In this document: in pieces, positions 51,071-60,399 of the stretch
Layout: every line of letters starts with the position of its first letter
Numbering within the stretch: position 1 is the first letter of the stretch
Origin: Nemertoderma westbladi
Taxonomy: Eukaryota; Animalia; Xenacoelomorpha
Assembly: GCA_032718475.1 (NCBI GenBank)
Contig: JAUCBJ010009006.1
Span: 1-64,000, forward strand
Reading direction: 5' to 3'
DNA: 64,000 nucleotides
Program-made: the position numbers and the translations under genes
The notes under the pieces: model-generated
What the model was told of the DNA's origin: nothing
What the model saw: only the letters and a program-made list of their open reading frames with translations
Database searches by the model: none

Positions 51071-51607
51071 AGATGGTCAAAAGGTTTAACAGATTTATTT
51101 GCGTTTTACGCTACTGTTATAGGGACATCACGCTACTATATGTATTATTTAATATACGGTATGAGAGCAATATCGCACGAAGCAATGTCAGTGTGAAGAG
51201 GCAAGTCGTTTCCAAGGTCTACCCAGAGCTTGGTTTAGCCGAGACACGAGGATCTGAACTTTGCATTCCTAATACTCTGCCTACCAATAATACTTAAGTA
51301 TAGTAGGAGCTTTATTGTACTTTAATAAGTACGGACATTTCATCTTACTGTAGTCACGTATTTATAATATGATACGGACAGTAAGGAAAGAGAAAAAATA
51401 ATTATTTCTCGCCGTCGCACTAAATATATATTATAAATAATTACGTACGTAATAAACACTAATATATTGCACTAACTCCCTAAAATAACATTCTACTAAA
51501 TAAAATTAAAGAAAACGATTATAATAAAATTACATAATAATACATACATAAATATAAAATAAAAACAAATATAAAATGATATAGTCACACGCCCACTCCA
51601 TATGTTA

Positions 51608-54600
51608 TTACGTTATGGAGTCCCTAGATATTTGTCGGATTAGGGAAGTGGTCGTAGGAAGAGTATCTTGCCTTCCATAGTTTCCGGACAGTTTTCGGTC
51701 TCTTTCCAGTAAACATAAACGACTAGCTGGGCGATTGAGTTGTTGTGTTACTTTCTCCGCTCCCTTGGCCTGTCTAATTTCTGCCGTGGTAAGATGAGGA
51801 GGCCATTCTTCTTCTTCTTTACTTATGGAGTCGGATCCACCTAACCAGCCTGGAGTATCTATCAGTTCTTGAGGAGTTGCTCCTCTGGAAGCGATGTCGG
51901 CTGGATTAATCGTCCCAAGGCAATGTCTCCATTGATCTACATTGGAGTTAATATCGTCATTATCTGAGGAGTATGGTGTTCCCTCAGTTGGATCGTCCAC
52001 ATCACTGCTCTCCACTTCCCATTCCTTTACTTGGTATACCTGTTGTTGAGGTAATCTCTCTTTGAGAGTTCTACGGGAAGGGCCAGTGAAGTACCAACCT
52101 ACTCTAGTTCTTACCGCATAGGTTTGTAGTGGCTGCGGTTGAGCAGGCCGTTTCTCCAATGTCTCGAGCGCCTCATGCGCGTTTTGGCCGATGAGTATTT
52201 GCACTCCAGGATAATCTGTCTGGAATCGAGGTATCTTAAGATGTTGGATGCTCTCATCCTCGTCCCAATTATAAAGGTCTGCTTGGGTAGTAGCGAAGTT
52301 CTTTATAGCCACCATTTTTACCGACCTTATACCTTGTGCTCCTAATTTATCCTGGGGGGTGGACAACACACCTACATAGTAGTCTGCCATTAGGGTAGAT
52401 TTCCAAACCTGCATAATTCCTGACATATTCAATTTAGTCCGGAACTTGGGTTGTCCAGCAAAGATATCTTCGGCTAGTTCTTGATCGATGAATGTTCCTG
52501 TGCTGCCGGAGTCAAGGAGGGCGTTCACTATGTAACTTTTGTTAAGACCGTGAACTCTTACCTGCACTACAGGAAATTCTCTGATTCCTACGTTGGAAGT
52601 TGGAGCTTTCCAAGATGGTTGTTTGTCAAAGGTAGTTGGGGGGAACCCATTGTCGGTGTCCTTTTCGTAAGTAAGTGCTCGATACACTGAGGTATTTATT
52701 AGGTAACAGGATTCGTTGGCGTCGGAGAATTCGTCAGTATAGAATCCTTCCATCTCAGATTCTTGATCAGTGTCATTTACATCACTGAACTGGACATGTA
52801 GTTCGGGCTCACTTACCTGACTCGGGTTGTTTCGTTCGAACTCACTGTGTAACAAGATGTGATGTTTCGCGCCACACTTTGCACACTTTACGTCGGAGTA
52901 ACAGGTTCGCCGTTGGTGTCCTGATCTGAGGCAATTATAGCATAACCGCTTATTCCACAGGACTGTACGTCTGTCTACAAGGGATTTCTTTAGAAATTCA
53001 GCACACGCGCTCAAACGGTGGGGCCCGTCGCACAGCGCACATTTTGGTTTGATATTACTCACTTTACCTTGGGTAACGTTATGCACTCTCGTTCTTTCTT
53101 CGGGCTTTCTTCCGTGAATTCTCTTAGGAGACGTAGGAGGAGTTGTTGTTACCTGTTCTCTCCTGTCACTGGTTCGAGACTTGTATTTACTTACCGTTAT
53201 TTACTTACTATTATCTTTATAGGTCTTGTTGTCATAGTAAGATTTTGCTGTGTCTTTCCCGCTGTCCTCTTCTTGAGAAGCTTTGCTTTCGCCGTCGTCA
53301 GTATAACACACTGGTATTATCCTTCTCCTAGAAACGGGTTTCTCACTTACCTTATTTTCCGATGTTTTCTCTCTGGACTGCTTTATGAGTTGTAATTTTA
53401 CTTCACTATCTAAGAAGGACATGAGGTCAGCCATGGTAGGGCTTCGTCGTTGTTGTTCATTCATGTACAACACTTTCTTGTCCCAGCGTGTACATACTCC
53501 ACCCTTTGGTAAAGTAGAGACTACGGCTCCAATAACCATGGAACTCTGATATTCATGCGACTTACCTAACCAGTCCAATTGTCTACAGATCTCTTGAATC
53601 TCATCGGAAAACTCTATAATCCCGCTACTAAGGAAGTGTCGGGGGGCTACTAATTTTGCATACAAATACTTAGCTATGTTATCCTTGTTACCATACCTGA
53701 TGTTTAATGTATCCCAAACTTGTCTTAATCCTTCTGGATGTCCAATAAACTTTAACGCCATTAACTTGGGAGGTCCTTCCAAGCACTTGATGAGGAACCT
53801 AAGTTTCTCTCCATTAGATAGTACAGAGTTCTGTATGCTGTTTTTGTAGTATTCATTGAAGGGTAACCATTTCATCTCATCTCCATTGAATTTGACGATC
53901 TCTCCCACTTTGACCGCTTGGCGGGCTTCTGTTCTAGCCATCTGACGCGTAAAGCTTTCTTGGGCCATCGTGTTATTTAATATCGAATTATCGGTATATA
54001 AATTTCTCGGATCATTATCAGGTCTATGGGGAATATCATTAACAACAGGTTTATAATCACCCTTAATAGGGTTTGCTATAGGAGTTTCTACTTCACTAGC
54101 AGTATAGATGCGTGTAGGCTCCACACCTTGCGCATGTAATACTTCAGACCTAACAGGTTGACACAATGTTACAGGGGGTATTGGTATCGCTTTTTGTATA
54201 TTGACTAATTTGTCGCGTTCTAGAGCGATACTTTGCTGCACTTCTTGCAATTCGGCCCTACTTTCCCTTAATGTTCCCTTGAGTTGGTGGACAGTCTCCT
54301 GCATCTGTCCGAGCAGGAGATTCATCCCCCGCCGTCCCTCCTCTACCCACTCGACCGCCGAAGCGGGAGTCGCCAACATTGTAGCGGGCTGACGTGGGAC
54401 GACGGGAGACAAATCTTTGATTTCTCTCTCTGCTATCAGGACAGGGATATTCTCATGGACTGTTCTACCGGGTACAGGCAGTGTAGTACTATGTAAAGGG
54501 AATTTAGAGTTAAGCTCTGGAAGTACAGGGGTCTCTAACACAGAAGTGACTTTGGGAACGACAGGCCTAATTATTTCAGGCTCATCAACTATTGTAGGGA

Positions 54601-55819
54601 GTCTTTTGACCTGAATAGTTTGGTCTGTGGGTTCCGTACGACCTAAGTCTGTGCTAGCTAGCTGTCTTCTAACAGCTGGGGGCAAATCAGGCAATTTGTG
54701 ACGGTGAGATGTTTTTCTACGCCTGCTTAGACGAGATCTATTTCCTCCGCCTTCAGGATCGGTGGTTTCGCTTTCCTCCGATGATGTGTATCCCTGGCGT
54801 TTGGGAGTAGATCATCTCATCATCTGCATTTGACTAGCAGTTAACTGTTTATTTATGTTGTCTTGCGTCTCTTGCAGATTTTCCAACTCCAGTTGGGTAG
54901 TCTGCTCAGACGCTCTCCGTTCTGCTTCTGCCACTGCCCTTTCCGCCTTTGCTTCTGCCGCCGCTGCCTTTCTTTCTACTTCTGCTTCTGCCGCCGCTGC
55001 CTTTCTTTCCGCTTCTGCTTCTGCCGCCGCTGCCTTTCTTTCCGCTTCTGCTTCTGCCGCCGCTGCCTTTCTTTCCGCTTCTGCTTCTGCCATGGCCGCC
55101 GCCCTTTGTTCCTCTATCCATCTTTTCTTTACTAGTTCTTCTTGGACTCTAGTGAGGCGGAGTTTTTCATCAAACTCAGCTTGGTTAGCAGCTAACATTT
55201 CCGCATCGATTGCGTCCAACACAAGCTTGGTTCCTTCACTATTAGGGCGAAGTCCAGACAGTCGTCTCCTCAACTCTTCGTCTCCTATGAATCGCTGATA
55301 GTCTGACAGATAGATGTCAATGGCGTCTCTAGTTCGCGGCTTCTCTGCTGCTGTTAATTCGCTTTCCACTTCGCTTTCCACCTCGCTTTCCACCTCGCTT
55401 TCCACTTGAGAAGAAGTGGCGTCGGTTGATTCTTCATAGGTTGGCCACTCATCATAAACCGTATCCGCCATCTTCGCTCCGCGTTCGGGCGTCCGCTCAA
55501 CAGTATCCGAACTACTGGAGCTATCGGGCCGCTGAGAACTAGGTTCTTGGCTAGGAGGTTGCTGCTGTTTTATAGCTTCTTCTTGATCCCGCTTGACTTG
55601 GGCCCGAGTGCCTATGGCAGACCAACGGCGCTTCACTAACTTCGCAAATTGCGAAATCGCTTCTACCAACCTAGGTTCTGACACAACCACTGCAGGGGTT
55701 GCCCTTCTTACAGTATGAGGGGTTTCAGACCTCGGTCTGGGATTCTCTATACTTTGATCTGAGAAACAGGCTGTTGTTTCTAGGAGACTATCTGACAGAG
55801 TTTGCCTTGTGTCAGCCAT
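51608..55819 (-). pseudogene. BEL/Pao gag-protease with internally deleted pol; two in-frame stops (54812-54814 TGA, 53201-53203 TAA)
   Basis: The three ORFs share one frame. Gag core KFNGDEMKWLPF...RYGN; Cys-His boxes CALCDGPH, CYNCLRSGH, CAKCGAKHHILLH; protease LLDSGS. After that only QWRHC..NPADIASRG and the extreme C-terminus LNRPASRLCLLE..SGNYG remain. Confidence 0.9.
54920..55105 (-). repeat. 33-bp coding tandem repeat (AAAAEAEAERK) x~5 in gag
   Basis: GCTTCTGCTTCTGCCGCCGCTGCCTTTCTTTCC repeated. A 12-bp ESEV repeat also lies at ~55360-55407. Confidence 0.9.
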
Positions 55820-55929
55820 GTTTGATTGTACAGTTGAATGCCTACTGCTATATTACAGTTAAAGCAAGTCTAGTAATTCAGTATCACTGTTAGCCTCACA
55901 ATTAATTACCGATACTGCTACTCAGTGTA

Positions 55930-56200
55930 GCGTGATATATATAATATATTAGAATACCAGTATGCTTATAGTAGATATATAAGTATTATTACAGACTAGA
56001 TTTGTCACAGAATACAGGTATATAATTTTGGCACAAATATATATAAATATATAATAGGCCTATCGTGAATACCAGTATGCAGCTTACACTTATAGTATAT
56101 AAGTATAATTCTGGACTAGAATTAATTACAGAGTACCGGTATGATTTCAGCCTAAATTTATCGAATAAATATAATAAGCCTATTGTAAATACTGGTATGT
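55930..56200. repeat. ~120-bp diverged tandem repeat in 5' leader of element 2
   Basis: AATACCAGTATG...TATATAAGTAT..T...GACTAGA...ATATAATA.GCCTAT.GT recurs ~2.3 times. Confidence 0.7.
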
Positions 56201-57174
56201 CAATTATTTTAGAATAATTGAATTTCTGAATATTTTAGGGTTACTTGGTTACTTTAACTTACTTTATTACCGTTATTTAAGCAGTAGTCCAACTGATATT
56301 GAGACCTAGTTGTTGTATGGCAGGCCTACTATTTATAAATCGTTTGAGTTGATTTATAATCTATATATACCCGTTTAAAAGGGTTTTGTCAATATTTGCA
56401 ATAAATGTTATTATTTCTGGGGTTCACTACACAGAAGCTGTGCGCTCTCAGTGAAGTGCTATTTATTGGACACTAAAACAGATAATTCTAATTTACCTAA
56501 GTTACTTAATACTACAAATTACTTACGATATGGGTGAGATTAATTCTCTAATTAAAACACAACAAAAAATATTACGTACGAAATTTTTAGGGTAATTTTA
56601 CAGGGACACTACAAACCAGCCTAACAAAGGGTTAGATTTCTGGTTATTACAACGGACAGGGTACTACGGTATTTGAAAATAATAAGTAGTAGTAAATATA
56701 TTGCACTGTCCAGATAGGAAAATACCACCGCCTGACGACCTATAGCCGTATCGCTATAGGTACTACGTTATGTATCACGGAGTGTTCCTACCTAGAAGTT
56801 AATTACCACGGACTACCAGATCCAGCGTGCCTATTAACCACTTTACAACACAAATATACTGCCTACACACTAATTACTTTCGGAAAGCACTGTACACTAA
56901 ACCCTAAATTAGGTACAAGTACTGGTACAACAAATAATCAGTAGTTAAATATACTTGAACAGTTAAAAGAACCACGGCATCTGCTGGAGTGACCGAAGCA
57001 CAAAGTCACCAGTCTTTTCCTACGCCAAGCAGCCCGTGTAGTACCGGGGTTAATTTAACTATAACGGTATGTATAACAAGCACAATTACTGTAGGAATAA
57101 ACTTGGGGACATGAATGTTGCGAATAATCGCATAAACTCTGAATAATAAATATTACGCTACCCGTACAGAATAC

Positions 57175-57720
57175 TCAAACAAATACAAACCAAAACGCTG
57201 GCAGACTACCACCAAGCCTAAATAAACTACCGTACGTGTAGATTCTGAAATGGTTAGTTAGTATGCGTTCTAACACGGTAGTACGACTTATTCTTTAAGA
57301 GGGGATTGACCTTACAGCTATGGCTGCCCCAACTTACTAATGGCACTTTATCAGACAAACTCTACACACGCAGCAATCTCTTCAGACCTAATAATAGCTA
57401 GACAACAATCCAGCCTACAAAATATCTGAGTAATAACTATTACGGTACCTGAACAGACCACACAAACAAACACAGGCCAAAAAGCTGGCAGACTACTATC
57501 AAGCCTAAATAAACTACAGTATATGCAGATTCCAAAACGGTTAGTTAGTATGCGTTCTAACACGGTAGTACGACTTATTCTTTAAGAGGGGGTTGACCTT
57601 ACAACTTAAAATGCCCCAACTTACTAACTGGCACTTTATTGGACAGACTCTACACACGCCGCAATCTCTCCAGACTCAACAAAAATCAGACAGCAATCCA
57701 GCCTACAATTATCTGAACAA
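57175..57720. repeat. ~287-bp tandem duplication in 5' leader of element 2
   Basis: GCTGGCAGACTAC at 57197 and 57484; shared GGTTAGTTAGTATGCGTTCTAACACGGTAGTACGACTTATTCTTTAAGAGGGG. Confidence 0.85.
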
Positions 57721-57887
57721 TCTGAGCAGACTTACACGTCTTCAGCTCAATATTAACTTACATGTAAATAAAACCGACAGAAATAAGTAAGCTCCAAAAG
57801 AAACAAGGGGTGTACAGTCCCTAATCTCTTAAACAGCCTACCGGTATGCAATAATCAAAATCGAATAATACTAATGTACTTATACTG

Positions 57888-58036
57888 GAAGTACCGGTTA
57901 GGACAGTTGGGCCTACGGACCTACAGAAGTACCGGTTCTGGCAGTTGGACCTACGGACCTACAGCAGTACCGGTTCTGGCAGTTGGGCCTACTGACCTAC
58001 AGAAGTACCGGTTCAGGTTTACCGGTCAACCGGTAC
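57888..58036. repeat. ~39-bp tandem repeat (x3-4) next to 5' LTR of element 2
   Basis: AGTACCGGTTCTGGCAGTTGG(G/A)CCTAC(G/T)GACCTACAG repeated; many ACCGGT palindromes. Confidence 0.85.
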
Positions 58037-58081
58037 TTTCAACTTTATTGCTTACTGCAATAAAGAAGCAATAACTGTTAT

Positions 58082-59332
58082 TGTACGCGCTTTTGAAGAC
58101 CTTTAGCAGTTTAACCTGCCAAAATTTATATGTCTTTTGGTTTATGTTCAGACTTTAGAAATTGACAAATATTTAATACCAATAAACACAACATTAGCCG
58201 AAGCCAGCCTAGTGCGCGTCCATTCACCCGCTGGATATTCCCGGGAGACTGGGTTCGGATGTGGCTTAAATTTTATTATTGCAGTGAAGCCTACTGTATT
58301 ATTCGATTGATCGTTAATAAGTAATTTCTGACAAATATTATTCACTTTCGGGAAATATTAACAGTTCCTTTAGGACGTGGCGCTCTACCTAAGTAAACAG
58401 AGTTATGACTTATACTACACGCAACGGTAAGGCTTATAATTCACGTATAAGGCGCATTCTTTAGGAAATGCTTTGTTATCGGTCACAATCATGCACACTA
58501 CCGGTACCGCACAATACTGCACACTAATCTGCCGACCGTCAATGAATTTGATCACACATGAAGAGAACAGCAATTGACCTATGTAGTGTCTATCAAATAG
58601 CATTAGGTTCACTACAAACCACGATAACATAAGTCGCAATTGTTATATATAGCCTGTCTCTCTAACCTGTAGTGTATCAAGAAAATTGGGAAATTTGGGT
58701 TCTTTATAGATGTTCTCCAAATAATAATATTCAACCAACTGATAAACACAACAGTAAATAACATTAAGACGGTAGGTTAAGATAATGTAACACGCTGACA
58801 ATGCAGCAAACACAACCGATCGGGCAGATCGGGCCGAGTTGTGGGTTATATGCCGTTGGGCAGTTGGGCCGATAACAGTTATACGTTCTATAATTTAAGC
58901 CTACTAATGTTTTACTAAAAGTCTGAAACGAGTCATTCCAAAAGCCGATGTTCTGGCGTAGGAGGAATAACAACACTGTCCTCTGTCCCTGTTGCAGGTA
59001 TCTTTTACACAGAGAGGAATAGCTCTCATTGGCAGAACACCAGATTCCACAGGTTCCACGAATATCTAAATGCCGAACTATCAGGATTTTTGCATCCCTT
59101 GGCCAGCACACAAAATGAGTCACTCCGCTCGGTTGTCCTGGTTGCATACTCTGCTGCTATAGCTCTGGTTGGCCGATAGAACATAGCAAAGAACCCCTCG
59201 TACAGCAAATCAGCCAATCAGCCGGTCGCTTGTACCATTCGAGTTAGTGAGCCTTTTAGAGTATTCCAGCGCCTGGGGGGAAACTGGATTGCAAAGCAAA
59301 AGGGCCAGTTATATCCCACAGAAGCTTTTACA
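58082..59332 (-). repeat. 5' LTR of BEL element 2
   Basis: Same length as 47210-48460; the four short ORFs spanning it translate identically in both copies. Confidence 0.95.
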
Positions 59333-60399
59333 GCCCGTATGGTGACCATCATATCTGGGGGGGGGGGCAGAGGCCAAATCTGGGGGGCATATAGCTTTCG
59401 TTTATTGTTTTGGTTCCCCCAACACGCCTCTGTAACCTGCTCCTTTACTAACTGTAACAACACGCCTCTGTAACCTGCTCCTTGTAGAGTGTTTGCGAAC
59501 CGTTAAGGTGGCGTACAACTCTGCATTCAGACATCTATTTGAGTATAGGCGCTGCGACGACGCTGACACAATATTTGTCTGCCACCGTGTTAACAACTTC
59601 AAAGCTGTCAGCCGGGTACTGGCATTCTATTTGCGTAATCGCGTCGCAATTTCCTGCAATCCAATCCTTGTACAGTAGCTTGTGCAAACTTAGGTTACTC
59701 ATCTCTCACTGAACGATGGGATGTGCTGCTTCTGTAATGCTCACCCCCCACTTCATGGCTTGCCCCCACATTATCGCGGCCTTCTCATATTTCAAATCCT
59801 TGCAAATATTATATAATATGAATTAATTCAATGTATATCTTATTATTTTTTTTTGAATACATCACACGCTACCGGTACTCAATTTTAATATTTAATATTT
59901 TGAATTCAGTAATGGGAATTGCTATTCTTTCGGTATTGGTTGGGCAGTGCCTGAGTGTATCTTTTTTTTGTTTTTTTTTTGTATAATATTGTGCTTTCAA
60001 ATTGCAAATGCGGTACCTTGGATATCGATTTAATTTAGTATTCTATATAGTATTCAATGTATCCTTGTGCATTTAGGTATTAATTGTGCTATGCTGTTAA
60101 ATTTGGTAGTAATAATCTGTACAGTATGTTTTATGGGCTCTGTCCGATGAATAAACTTGAAATTGAAAAATTGAAATTTACTAACCTGCACCTTTAAAAG
60201 GGAATGGGAAATGGGACCTAACGCTCTTTGGGACGACTTTACCTCTTTGCTTTGTACAGAAAGGGCAGTAAAGTTCTTTGATCTTTGTTTTATACTCACC
60301 CGACGATCCTCGTACCAATAGCGCCACTGAGTGTCTGTTTATTTTGGTAGAATATTTGATTATTTTGGGGGAAATAAGCATTTTTTTTTGGGGAATATG

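Larger units (their letters stand above)
47210..59332 (-). mobile_element. BEL/Pao LTR retrotransposon 2, non-autonomous, recent insertion (12.1 kb)
   Basis: Two 1251-bp LTRs at a constant offset of 10872; 5-bp TSD GCCCG (47205-47209, 59333-59337) splitting spacer 8; gag-protease remnants homologous to element 1. Confidence 0.95.
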
